The notes under the pieces: model-generated
Database searches by the model: none
Seen by the model: the letters and a program-made list of their open reading frames with translations, nothing else
What the model was told of the DNA's origin: nothing
Shown here: positions 10,882 to 20,133 of the stretch, piece after piece
How the letters are laid out: every line of letters starts with the position of its first letter
Position numbering within the stretch: position 1 is the first letter of the stretch
NCBI GenBank assembly: GCA_048940925.1
Contig: JBHLOC010000001.1
Span: forward strand, 64,001 to 128,000
Direction of reading: 5' to 3'
Source: Promethearchaeota archaeon
GTDB taxonomy: Archaea > Asgardarchaeota > Lokiarchaeia > Sigyniarchaeales > SOKP01
DNA: 64,000 bases
Translations under genes and position numbers: made by a program

Positions 10882-11187
10882 ATGATATTTATAGTTACCC
10901 AATGGACCCCATATAATAAAACAAATGAATGGTTCGACGTATTTAAAGAGGTTCAAGGCAAACTGCCATCCTTCATAAAGAAATGGCAAACCTTTGCGGT
11001 TCCTGACGAAGATCGAGGCATTAAAGGATACAATGTTATTATGGTCGAAAAAGGTAACGCTGACGAGGCTATGATTGAGATTTCTAAATTAATTGCTCCA
11101 TTTTGGAAAATCGAAGGTTTTGCCATGAAAACCGAGACAGCTTTCGCAATGAGAGACGCACTAAAAGTAATCGGGAAAAGTCTTTAA
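10882..11187 (+). CDS. Small hypothetical protein
   Basis: 101-aa ORF, GAGGG SD upstream, T-tract downstream. Confidence 0.7.
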   Translation: MIFIVTQWTPYNKTNEWFDVFKEVQGKLPSFIKKWQTFAVPDEDRGIKGYNVIMVEKGNADEAMIEISKLIAPFWKIEGFAMKTETAFAMRDALKVIGKSL

Positions 11188-11201
11188 GTTTAATTTTTAA
11201 A

Positions 11202-11212
11202 TTTTTTTTTTT
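11202..11212 (+). terminator. Oligo-T archaeal terminator candidate
   Basis: 11 consecutive T starting 15 nt after the 11187 stop. Confidence 0.45.
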
Positions 11213-11562
11213 AGATTTCTCTATTTTTCCTTCAACAATCTACTTTTAAATTATTTTTTATTATAATATATGAATAAAAACTTGAGAAGAGAGATCCTAC
11301 TCTTCTTTCATGACATTTCCTTTTCTTGAAAATTAATCTAAAATTTGAATCAGTATTGATCGAAACTCTAGTTAAATGATCAATTTTCGCGAATAATGGC
11401 GAAATCCGTTATCATAATTATTGTATTTTAATATATATCCTATGTGTTTTTCATCTGATGACTATTTCAGTAAATAACAAATAAGTGAAATGGCAGTATG
11501 GCGACTGATCCCATTATATGGTTGTCCATTATGCATAGTAATAATTATTGAGATTGATCAAG

Positions 11563-11602
11563 TTTATATACGAAAATTCATATATAGTACTTGAGGTGAG
11601 TA
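11563..11602 (+). promoter_or_regulatory. TATA box (TTTATATA) and strong SD (TGAGGTGA) of the 11609 gene
   Basis: tttatata at 11563-11570; tgaggtgagta at 11592-11602, just before ATG 11609. Confidence 0.6.
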
Positions 11603-11608
11603 AGAAAA

Positions 11609-11887
11609 ATGACTAACTCAAATTATGTAAACAGATCAACCGAAAAGGCAGTGAGCAATTTTGAGAACATAAAGACTGCCTTAAAGGGATTGTATGAGAT
11701 TATGGATTTAGGCATGAACGAGGATGAATTTTATCGTGAGGCGGGGAAGGAGAATATCGAAGCGTTGTATAAGAATCTCATCGAGTTATTATTGAATGAA
11801 TATGGGTTAAGGCAGTTGGTCAAGAAGATCAACAGTTCCGAAGTGGATTTAAACATCGTGCTGAATGAGTATTTAGCGAATGCATAA
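11609..11887 (+). CDS. Small acidic helical hypothetical protein
   Basis: 92-aa ORF with a clear TATA and SD. Confidence 0.75.
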   Translation: MTNSNYVNRSTEKAVSNFENIKTALKGLYEIMDLGMNEDEFYREAGKENIEALYKNLIELLLNEYGLRQLVKKINSSEVDLNIVLNEYLANA

Positions 11888-11932
11888 ATAAATTTTTCTT
11901 TATTGATTAGTTTTTCTTAATAATTCTTTCAA

Positions 11933-12057
11933 ATCAGTCAATTTGTCATCTCGTTTATTTTGATAACGGTTCCCTGATGTTATCCGTTGAATACTCACCT
12001 CACACATTGGTTTTCCTTATTTTCAAGGATATTTCAGGGGGCTGACCTTTATATAGT
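11933..12057. repeat. Copy 1 of a duplicated ~125-nt non-coding element (candidate sRNA or regulatory module)
   Basis: Aligns with 13625-13752: atcag.caatt / tttg.taac.gt.ccctgat....tccgt.g...actcacctcacaca / ttcaagga.at.tca / tttatatagt. Confidence 0.75.
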
Positions 12058-12071
12058 TCTGAACAACAATA

Positions 12072-13352
12072 TTAGTTTGAAAAATTCTCTTTAAAAGATT
12101 CTTTCTTATTTTTTTTCTGAGATTGGTCAGAGGGTGAAATTTCTTCAATTTCTTCTTCCTGTTTCAATGATCGGACTGGTTTGGACTCATCGAACGGATG
12201 ATTACACACCCAACAGATATTTTCTAAATTTGATAATGTGTCAGCGCATTTATTACAATAAAAAGTATCACACTCAGGGCAAATATATATCTTTCGTTCT
12301 AATTTTCCTTTGCATACTAGGCAAATTTTCTTTTCCTTGGAAACAGTAACCTCCTCTTCAGTGATTTTTTGACGTCTGGTAAATATCCCTAAAACGTCAG
12401 TATCTACTTTTTTTTCTTTTTCTTCTTTCTTTGAGGCTAATTCTGACCGTGTATTTCGTATTATAAGATAAAATAGAGTATAAACATATATGACTAAAAC
12501 CAAAATTTCTATGATATAAAGGAAACTAAAAGCTTCAGGGCGCCTTTCAATAAAAATAGTTATGTCAACAATTAATATAAATACAATTAAAGGAATAGCT
12601 AAAAATGCAAAAAATACCCAGTAAAATAAGGCTCGTGTAATCAATTCGGGTTTAATAATCATTGGTATAACAATGATGATACAACCTAGTATTAATAGAA
12701 TTGGACTCAAAAAGAGAGAATACCAATTCAGTGATTTATGAGCTCTTAGTGCTAGGATTAATGAAAAAATGAAAGATAAAAAACCGAATAAAAAGAATGA
12801 AGAAACTGCTTTAAACTCAGGGCGAGACCATTTTGTATAAAGATATAACACGTATGGGACTATAATTACTAATCCGGGTATTATAAGAAAATTAAAGATG
12901 CTTCTCGCTGTCGACAGGGGTTCCATAGTAATTAAGGGTAAAAAAAATAACAGTGCTATAAAAATAGAAAACATAATTGTCAGAATATATTTCGTACGTC
13001 TTACAATCAACTCAAAAGATAAAACAAAAAACAAACCCCCTATTCCTAATATGGCATTACGTATTATCTCAAGAACAACATAGACTGATGAATAATTGTT
13101 ATAATCGCCGTAAAATGTAAAGTTAGCATAGTTAAAGATTCCTCGAACTTGAATAACTTGAATGCTGGTAATAATCAAACTAGAAGCGAAACCAAGAGGT
13201 AAACTAGCTAATCCAAACATTATCATCTTTTCATTGAAAACTTCTTTCTTTCTTCCCTTAAGTATAAAGTAGATCCCGCACATTAGGGTTAATGTTATCC
13301 CAATTCCCCATATAAACCTTTCATAAGGATCCCAGATCATCACATCTGCCAT
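12072..13352 (-). CDS. Multi-pass membrane protein with a C-terminal C4C4 zinc finger
   Basis: About 9 hydrophobic segments, then CLVC-x9-CPEC-x4-CNKC-x10-CWVC. Confidence 0.85.
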   Translation of the reverse strand: MADVMIWDPYERFIWGIGITLTLMCGIYFILKGRKKEVFNEKMIMFGLASLPLGFASSLIITSIQVIQVRGIFNYANFTFYGDYNNYSSVYVVLEIIRNAILGIGGLFFVLSFELIVRRTKYILTIMFSIFIALLFFLPLITMEPLSTARSIFNFLIIPGLVIIVPYVLYLYTKWSRPEFKAVSSFFLFGFLSFIFSLILALRAHKSLNWYSLFLSPILLILGCIIIVIPMIIKPELITRALFYWVFFAFLAIPLIVFILIVDITIFIERRPEAFSFLYIIEILVLVIYVYTLFYLIIRNTRSELASKKEEKEKKVDTDVLGIFTRRQKITEEEVTVSKEKKICLVCKGKLERKIYICPECDTFYCNKCADTLSNLENICWVCNHPFDESKPVRSLKQEEEIEEISPSDQSQKKNKKESFKENFSN

Positions 13353-13624
13353 AATAGACTCCTTTAGCTTAAAGTTTTTTAAAGAAATATTGAATTTACT
13401 TCAGTTTGATCAAATCTAGATAATCTTAGTTTTAACTCATATTTATATATTAACCTAAAAGATTTAGAGCGTCAATTAAAGGAATTAGTTTGATTCAACT
13501 TCCATAAGCTACTCATCCAGCCATTTTCAAACTTTTTTTCATCCAAAATTTATTACATATTACTATAATTTAGCGAATGTATAAATGTTAGGATTTGCTT
13601 AAGTAACTTTTTTATATTAAGATT

Positions 13625-13752
13625 ATCAGCAATTGATATTAAGTTGACATTTGTAACAGTGCCCTGATCAATTCCGTAGGGCACTCACCTCACACACTTA
13701 CTCAACTTTTATTCAAGGAAATATCAAGAATCTGTAACATTTTTTATATAGT
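13625..13752. repeat. Copy 2 of the duplicated non-coding element, with an 8-bp hairpin
   Basis: Direct-repeat similarity to 11933-12057; perfect stem agtgccct/agggcact at 13658-13685. Confidence 0.75.
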
Positions 13753-13781
13753 AATTTTGAAAAATGATTAAAAGACAAATT

Positions 13782-14039
13782 TTATTCAGAGCTAAATTGC
13801 CTATCAAGGTCAATAACTAGAGGAATCTCCTTGTTATCTTTCTTCACAACTACTTTTAAAACCCCATCCTCAATTTTAGTACTGATAGGTTCTATTTTAG
13901 AGACTTTTCCTTTCAAAGATGCATGTAAACATGTTTGTTCCTCATCATAAAGAACACATTTGGTGCAACAGAATCCTACAGGCATAAATCCTACTATTGA
14001 ACATCGATCATATGCTTCACAATTACAATTATTACACAT
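13782..14039 (-). CDS. Small Cys-rich hypothetical protein
   Basis: 8 Cys in the first 37 aa of an 85-aa ORF. Confidence 0.7.
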   Translation of the reverse strand: MCNNCNCEAYDRCSIVGFMPVGFCCTKCVLYDEEQTCLHASLKGKVSKIEPISTKIEDGVLKVVVKKDNKEIPLVIDLDRQFSSE

Positions 14040-14147
14040 TTTTCTATCACTTATCTTATTTTTTATGTATTTTTTTGTAATTTTTTTTTTTTTTAATAAG
14101 TATTTATTTCCACAATATTATAATATAACGCATTCATATTTAAATTT

Positions 14148-14384
14148 GATCATTCTCAGACATTTATTGTTTTGAAAAGATAAATTTAGCAAAAATTAGA
14201 TCATGTGATTTAATTTTTGGCATGATCATTACGATTTTGATCATATCGATCCGAGATCTATTGATATTTTTGGAAAATGTAAATTGATTTTAAGAATAAC
14301 GATCAAATATCTTATTCTTATTGATCATCAAAATCGCGACGTAAAGGAACAAACATTTTTAACATATTTTGATCGCTTTTGATC
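14148..14384. promoter_or_regulatory. GATC/TGATCA cluster in the divergent intergenic region upstream of hdrC
   Basis: GATC at 14148, 14199, 14224, 14239, 14248, 14255, 14301, 14323, 14371, 14381. Confidence 0.55.
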
Positions 14385-14609
14385 ATGAAATCTAATAAAT
14401 TTGTCATATTCTAAAAAGTAAGAGAGAAGATTTATCAACATTAAAAGAAATATCCGAGAAGATAAGTTTTATTGTTCTAATTGAACTTATCTAGTGTGAT
14501 TTTGATAACATAAAACACATTTAAACAATTTAGTTATGGAAATTTTCTAAAAAATTTATAATATTTATATTATTATCCCAATCAACAGAAAATAAAAAAG
14601 CATGATGAC

Positions 14610-15107
14610 ATGAGTGTCATAAATTTTGAATTTCGGAATGAGGTATTAAAACATAATGCCTCTTTAAGTTATTGTTATCAATGTTCAACGTGCTCAGGTG
14701 GTTGTCCTGTTGCTCTAATCACTCAAGGGCGTTATAATCCGAGAAAAATCATAGAAGAGGCTATCTTGGGCTTAGAAGATAAATTAGTAGCAAAACAAGA
14801 TCCGAATAGTTGGCTTTGTTCAACTTGTCAAACATGCGTTGAGTTATGTCCTCAAAAGGTTGAACTAACGGAAATTTTTACACTAATTAAAAATCGATGT
14901 TTTGAGACAGGCAATGTTCCTGAAGCATTTATTGCACAGGGTAAAGCTGTTTTAGAGAATGGAGTTGCTATTCCATATTCTAAGGCGATCTTAAGTCGGA
15001 GAGAAAAATTAGGACTTCCTATAATCAAAACAGCTTCTATTGATGAAATCGGGAAGATTATGAAAGAAACAAATTTTGCAAATCATATTCCCACGGAGGG
15101 TACTTAA
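14610..15107 (+). CDS. hdrC: Heterodisulfide reductase subunit C
   Basis: CYQCSTCSGGCP and WLCSTCQTCVELCP. Confidence 0.93.
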   Translation: MSVINFEFRNEVLKHNASLSYCYQCSTCSGGCPVALITQGRYNPRKIIEEAILGLEDKLVAKQDPNSWLCSTCQTCVELCPQKVELTEIFTLIKNRCFETGNVPEAFIAQGKAVLENGVAIPYSKAILSRREKLGLPIIKTASIDEIGKIMKETNFANHIPTEGT

Positions 15108-15110
15108 AAT

Positions 15111-15974
15111 ATGTCTTATGATTTATTCTTAGGTTGCGTTATTCCAGCTAGATTACCGTTTTTAGAAGCCTCATCAAGGAAAGTATTTGAAACACTTGGT
15201 ATTAATTTAAGAGATGTTGATGGATTTAGTTGCTGTCCTGATCCAACGGGAATAGAGCTTATAGATCATAATACATGGTTAGCATTAGGAGCGAGAAATT
15301 TAAGTTTATCAAATAATAATGGAGGAATTATATCTTTTTGTTCAGGTTGCGTTGAAACGTTAAAGGGTGTAAATTATGCTATTAATAAAGATCCTGAAGT
15401 AAAAAAGGAAGTCAATGAAACTTTGAAAAAAATAGGGAAGAAGTATGATGGAAGGACAAAAGTAGTTCACTTCGCTCAGGTACTTTATGAAAATCTTGAT
15501 AAAGTTAGAGAGAATGTAGTACATCCTTTAAGTGGATTTAAAGTAGCTGTACATTATGGCTGTCATTATTTAAGACCTTCTGAAGTAATTAATTGGGATG
15601 ATCCTTTTAATCCAGTCACTATTGATGAAATTATTCGAACAATAGGAGCAGATTCAATAGATTATGAAATGAAGATGGAATGTTGTGGAAATCCACTTGA
15701 TAAATCAGATAAAGAGCTGTCTCTTCAAATGATTGATAATAAATTCAAAGCAATTCAAAAATCTGGCGCAAATTGCGTTACTTTAGTATGTCCCGCATGT
15801 TTTCAACAATTCGATTTTAATCAACGAGAATTAAGTAAAGGAAAGGAAATTGGTTATGATTTTCCGATCTTCTATCTCTCAGAATTAGTAGCTTTGGCTT
15901 TTGGGTTTAAACCTGAAGAGTTAGGGTTTAATTTTCATCGAGTACGACCTACAAAACTTTTAGATGGATTTTAA
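15111..15974 (+). CDS. hdrB: Heterodisulfide reductase subunit B
   Basis: FLGCVIP, SCCPDP, CSGC, HYGCHYLRP, CCG, CPACFQQFD (CCG domains). Confidence 0.95.
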   Translation: MSYDLFLGCVIPARLPFLEASSRKVFETLGINLRDVDGFSCCPDPTGIELIDHNTWLALGARNLSLSNNNGGIISFCSGCVETLKGVNYAINKDPEVKKEVNETLKKIGKKYDGRTKVVHFAQVLYENLDKVRENVVHPLSGFKVAVHYGCHYLRPSEVINWDDPFNPVTIDEIIRTIGADSIDYEMKMECCGNPLDKSDKELSLQMIDNKFKAIQKSGANCVTLVCPACFQQFDFNQRELSKGKEIGYDFPIFYLSELVALAFGFKPEELGFNFHRVRPTKLLDGF

Positions 15975-16022
15975 TTTTAAATAATAGTTAAATTGAAATT
16001 TTTAATTTAATTAAGAAATATA

Positions 16023-17126
16023 GTGGAAAAGATGGGATTGGCAGAAGTAAAAACATTCAAAGATCTTGAAGATGATGTAATTGCAGTAAATAGATGCTGT
16101 GCTTGCGGTGCTTGCATAGCTTATTGTGAGAATCAGGCCTTTAATGTTATTGAGATGGATGGGTATACTCCTAAATTTAAATCTGAAAAAACTGTAGAGA
16201 ATTGTAAAGAATGTGGATATTGTTATTATATTTGTCCCCAAACAGAACCGCTACTAGATAGGTTAAAAGAAACTCATCTCGTCAAAGATGAACTAGGGAA
16301 TATTATTGATATTTTTGCTGCTAGGACGACAAATGCAAAAATTAAAGAAGTTGGACAAGATGGTGGTATAGTATCGACAATTTTGAGCTATTTGTTTGAT
16401 ACTAATAATATAGACGCCGCAATTGTATCTGAATATGATGAGAATTTTAAACCAGTACCGACCATTATATATACGAAGGATGATTTGGTAAAGTCAGCAG
16501 GTACGAGATATTCAATATCCTCTAATATTTTGCCATTAAAAGATTTGACGCAAATTGCAGAAGAAATAATTTCTCAGAAGATGAGAATTTATGATCCTGA
16601 TCAATTACGTATTGCTTTTATTGGAACACCTTGCCAATGTAGAGCAATAAGCAAGATGAAACTTTTAAATATTAAACCCGCACACGTTATAAGTATAGTT
16701 ATAGGTCTTTTTTGTTTTGAAAATTTTGAGTATGATAAACTAATAGAAATTTTGAAGTCAAAAACAGAAATAGATCCTTCCGATATTAAAAAAACCAATA
16801 TTAAAAAGAATTTTTTCGTTACTTCGAAGGCAGACCAAGTTGCTGAAGTAAATATAAAAGATCTAGATGAAGCTGTGAGAAACCACTGCCATGAATGTGA
16901 TGAATTTGTAGGCAGATTTACAGATCTTAGTATTGGAGCGTCTGGTGCTCCCACAGGTTACTCAATGATTCTTACTCGTACTGAAAAGGGGCGTAGTTTA
17001 ATTGATTCTTTATTAGCAACTGGATATATTGAAAGGTATATTATTCCAGCTGATCAGATTTCAGAATGGAGACCTAAAAAAATTAATTGGTTAAAAAGAA
17101 TGACTTCACGAAAGGTGAAGAAATAA
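16023..17126 (+). CDS. FrhB/FdhB-family F420-binding beta subunit with N-terminal ferredoxin
   Basis: CCACGAC...CKECGYCYYICP; GQDGGIVS, AGTRY, GTPCQ, IGLFCFENF, CHEC. Confidence 0.9.
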   Translation: MEKMGLAEVKTFKDLEDDVIAVNRCCACGACIAYCENQAFNVIEMDGYTPKFKSEKTVENCKECGYCYYICPQTEPLLDRLKETHLVKDELGNIIDIFAARTTNAKIKEVGQDGGIVSTILSYLFDTNNIDAAIVSEYDENFKPVPTIIYTKDDLVKSAGTRYSISSNILPLKDLTQIAEEIISQKMRIYDPDQLRIAFIGTPCQCRAISKMKLLNIKPAHVISIVIGLFCFENFEYDKLIEILKSKTEIDPSDIKKTNIKKNFFVTSKADQVAEVNIKDLDEAVRNHCHECDEFVGRFTDLSIGASGAPTGYSMILTRTEKGRSLIDSLLATGYIERYIIPADQISEWRPKKINWLKRMTSRKVKK

Positions 17127-17142
17127 GTAATAGGTGAGATGA

Positions 17143-18447
17143 ATGGAAAAAAACTCTAAAAGTGCTTTAATTATAGGGGCAGGTATTGCTGGTATTCAGG
17201 CTGCTTTAGATTTAGGAGATATGGGTATAAAAGTTCATTTAGTCGAAAAACAACCAGTAATTGGGGGAAAAATGGCACAATTGGATAAGACTTTTCCTAC
17301 ATTAGACTGCTCAATTTGTATTTTAGCACCTAAGCTTTCTGAGTGTTATCGGCATCCAAATATTACATTGTATACTCTCTCTGAAGTACAAAATGTAGAG
17401 GGTACAAGTGGAAATTTTTCAGTAGAAATTCTTAAACGAGCACGATATGTAAAGGAAGATGTATGTACAAATTGTGGAGATTGTGCTACAATTTGTCCAG
17501 TGCGTGGTGTTCCTAATTATTTTGATGCAAATTTAAAAAGTATGGCTGCTGCATATATTCCCTTTCCTTCTGCAGTTCCTCCTGTGCATATTATTGATAA
17601 AGATTCATGTGTATACTTAAATTATGGCATTTGTGGATTATGTGCTAAGACTTGTGGTGCTGAGGCAATAGATTTTTCACAAAAAGATGAAATCTTAAAG
17701 ATTGATAACGTAGGGTGCATAGTTGTAGCTCCAGGATATGGATTATTAGAAGATGTCACTCCACTTACAAATTATGGCTATGGAAAATTTAAAAATGTAG
17801 TCTCAGCATTAGAATTCGAACGATTAATTTGTGCTTCTGGACCTTTAGAAGGACACTTAAAAAGGTTATCTGATGGGAAAGATCCTATGAAACTTGCGTT
17901 TCTACAATGTATAGGATCACGTTCAGATCGAGATAAAAAGTATTGTTCTTCTATTTGTTGCATGTATACCACGAAAGCGGCCATGATTGCTTATGAACAT
18001 AATAATGAATTAGAATCATACGTTTTTTATATTGATATGAGAGCAGGAGGTAAAGGTTTTCAATCCTTCCTACGTAGAGGAGCAAATGAATATAATATTG
18101 AATATATCAAAAGTAAGATATCTCATATTGATATTGATGATGAGGAAAACCCTATTATTACTTATGAAGATTATGATACATCTGAAATAAAACAATTAAA
18201 GGTGGATTTAGCCGTATTAGCAACATGTATAATCCCATCAAAAGGAATTGAGAAGTTAGCAGAGGTATTAGGGATTGAATTAAATGAATATAATTTTGTA
18301 AAGACAAACCCATTTTTACCAGTAGAGACGAGTGCAGAAGGTATTTTTACATGTGGGTGTGCTCGTGAACCAATGGATATACCACGTTCTGTTGCTGAAG
18401 CTAGTGGAGCAGCAGCAAGAGCTGCAGAAGTTATTAGAGGAGGATGA
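17143..18447 (+). CDS. hdrA: HdrA-like flavoprotein, first half of a split HdrA module
   Basis: GAGIAG, LDKTFPTLDCSICI, inserted ferredoxin, CIGSR, YCSSICCMY. Confidence 0.9.
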   Translation: MEKNSKSALIIGAGIAGIQAALDLGDMGIKVHLVEKQPVIGGKMAQLDKTFPTLDCSICILAPKLSECYRHPNITLYTLSEVQNVEGTSGNFSVEILKRARYVKEDVCTNCGDCATICPVRGVPNYFDANLKSMAAAYIPFPSAVPPVHIIDKDSCVYLNYGICGLCAKTCGAEAIDFSQKDEILKIDNVGCIVVAPGYGLLEDVTPLTNYGYGKFKNVVSALEFERLICASGPLEGHLKRLSDGKDPMKLAFLQCIGSRSDRDKKYCSSICCMYTTKAAMIAYEHNNELESYVFYIDMRAGGKGFQSFLRRGANEYNIEYIKSKISHIDIDDEENPIITYEDYDTSEIKQLKVDLAVLATCIIPSKGIEKLAEVLGIELNEYNFVKTNPFLPVETSAEGIFTCGCAREPMDIPRSVAEASGAAARAAEVIRGG

Positions 18448-18454
18448 AGAGAAA

Positions 18455-20128
18455 GTGTCTGAAAAAGAAATTAGAATTGGGGTGTTTGTATGCTCTTGTG
18501 GGAGCAATATAGGAGGTTTAATAGATGTTAAAAAATTGGCTGAATATGCTAGTACCTTACCTAATGTAGTTTTTACAGAGGATAATCTCTATACATGCTC
18601 AGAAACAGGTTTAGCACAGATTAAAAATGGTATTAAAGAACATAATTTAAATCGTGTAGTTGTTGCATCCTGTACACCAAGAACTCACGAACCATTATTC
18701 CGAGATTGTATATCTGAAGAAGGGGTTAACAGATATCTCTTTCAATTCGTAAATATAAGAGATCAGGATACATGGGTACATCAAAAACAGCCAAAAGAAG
18801 CATTTGAAAAAGCTAAAGACTTAGTAAGGATGGGCGTAGCAAAAGCTGCTAAACTTGAAGCACTTGAAAATATTGTCGTGGATGCTACTCCAACTGCTCT
18901 TGTGATTGGTGGGGGTGTAGCTGGAATGAATGCTGCCTTGAGTTTAGCAAATCAAGGATTCGAAACACATTTAGTTGAAAAAGAAAATCAGTTAGGCGGC
19001 AAATTAAATATTTTAAATAAATTATTCCCAACAGGTCAAGATGCCTCTGAACTTTTAGAAAGTCTAAAGAAAAGAGTTAGAAGTAACCCAAATTTAACTG
19101 TTTATACTTCAGCAAAAGTGAAAAATATAGAAGGCTTTGTTGGCAATTATGAGATAGAAATAGAACAAAAAAGTAAAAATATTGATTTAACTATAGGAGT
19201 AATTATTGTAGCTGTTGGTGCTTCTCTCTTTACACCAACTGGAAAATTTGGTTATGATGGGAAAATAAGAATTACTCAACATGAATTAGAAAATAAGTTA
19301 AAAAATAATGAAGTAAAAGCAAAAGATGTTGTAATGATCCAATGTGTAGGTGCTCGCAATGATGAACGAGTATACTGTTCAAATGTATGTTGTATGAGTG
19401 CCTTGAAAAACGCATTACTTATTAAGGAAGAAAATCCTGAAACTAATGTAACAATATTATTTAGAGATTTGTATACCCCTGGGACATATTATGAAGAATA
19501 TTATAGAAGAGCGAGAGAGGCAGGAGTTATTTTTATTGATTATAAACTTGAAAAAGAACCTTTAGTAGAGGATAAGAATATAAAAGTATTTAATGAATAT
19601 ATTGGAGAGGAGATGATTATACCTTATGATCTCCTTGTATTATCAACTCCTTTAGTTGCGAATGATGATAATAAAGATCTTGCTCAATTGCTAAAAGTTC
19701 CTTTAGAAGAAAATAAATTCTTTTTAGAAGCTCATGTAAAATTACGTCCTATGGACTTTGCTACGGATGGAGTGTTTGTATGTGGTGCAGCAAAATGGCC
19801 TGTAGATATTACAGAATCCATAGCTCAAGGTTATGCTGCTGCCGCAAGGGCAAGTACTATTATATCTCATGATACTATAGAAGTAGAGGGCGCCACATCA
19901 TATTTACCTGAATATAACAAGAGTTTATGTACTGGTTGTGAAGTATGTGTAACTATTTGTCCATATAAAGCTATAAGTAAGAATGAAGACGATGAAATTG
20001 AAATAACTCAGGTACTTTGTAAAGGGTGTGGAGTATGCGGTGCGACTTGCACGAATCATGCGATTATTATTAGACATTTTACAGATGAGCAGATTTTATC
20101 TGAAATATATGCATTTGGAGGCAGATAA
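18455..20128 (+). CDS. hdrA: HdrA-like flavoprotein, second half (start likely GTG 18455 rather than 18332)
   Basis: RIGVFVCSCG, SCTPRTHEPLF, GGGVAG, YCSNVCC, C-terminal ferredoxin; GAGGAGG SD before GTG 18455. Confidence 0.88.
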   Translation: MSEKEIRIGVFVCSCGSNIGGLIDVKKLAEYASTLPNVVFTEDNLYTCSETGLAQIKNGIKEHNLNRVVVASCTPRTHEPLFRDCISEEGVNRYLFQFVNIRDQDTWVHQKQPKEAFEKAKDLVRMGVAKAAKLEALENIVVDATPTALVIGGGVAGMNAALSLANQGFETHLVEKENQLGGKLNILNKLFPTGQDASELLESLKKRVRSNPNLTVYTSAKVKNIEGFVGNYEIEIEQKSKNIDLTIGVIIVAVGASLFTPTGKFGYDGKIRITQHELENKLKNNEVKAKDVVMIQCVGARNDERVYCSNVCCMSALKNALLIKEENPETNVTILFRDLYTPGTYYEEYYRRAREAGVIFIDYKLEKEPLVEDKNIKVFNEYIGEEMIIPYDLLVLSTPLVANDDNKDLAQLLKVPLEENKFFLEAHVKLRPMDFATDGVFVCGAAKWPVDITESIAQGYAAAARASTIISHDTIEVEGATSYLPEYNKSLCTGCEVCVTICPYKAISKNEDDEIEITQVLCKGCGVCGATCTNHAIIIRHFTDEQILSEIYAFGGR

Positions 20129-20133
20129 GAATT

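Noticed and set aside
11900-12007. 35-aa minus-strand ORF (MCEVSIQRITSGNRYQ...) inside repeat copy 1
   Set aside because: The equivalent frame in copy 2 hits TGA at codon 10 and diverges, so the conservation looks nucleotide-level. A Sec micropeptide reading of copy 2 has no support such as a recognisable SECIS
11933-13752. Repeat pair as a CRISPR array, IS ends or integron attC sites
   Set aside because: Only two degenerate copies 1.7 kb apart, no cas, transposase or integrase in the window, and no clear attC inverted core sites
14148-14600. GATC cluster as a replication origin
   Set aside because: No ORB-like repeats with G-strings and no adjacent orc1/cdc6 gene; kept only as a regulatory candidate
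18332-18454. ORF-track N-terminal extension of the second HdrA
   Set aside because: Overlaps the previous gene by over 100 nt and has no homology; an SD plus GTG at 18455 fits better
18445-18462. Selenocysteine readthrough of the TGA ending the 434-aa HdrA (Lokiarchaeia have Sec-containing HdrA/MvhD)
   Set aside because: The TGA is not at a conserved Cys position, a second in-frame TGA follows after four codons, and the next gene is in a different frame. The conserved Cys motifs of HdrA and MvhD here are encoded as Cys
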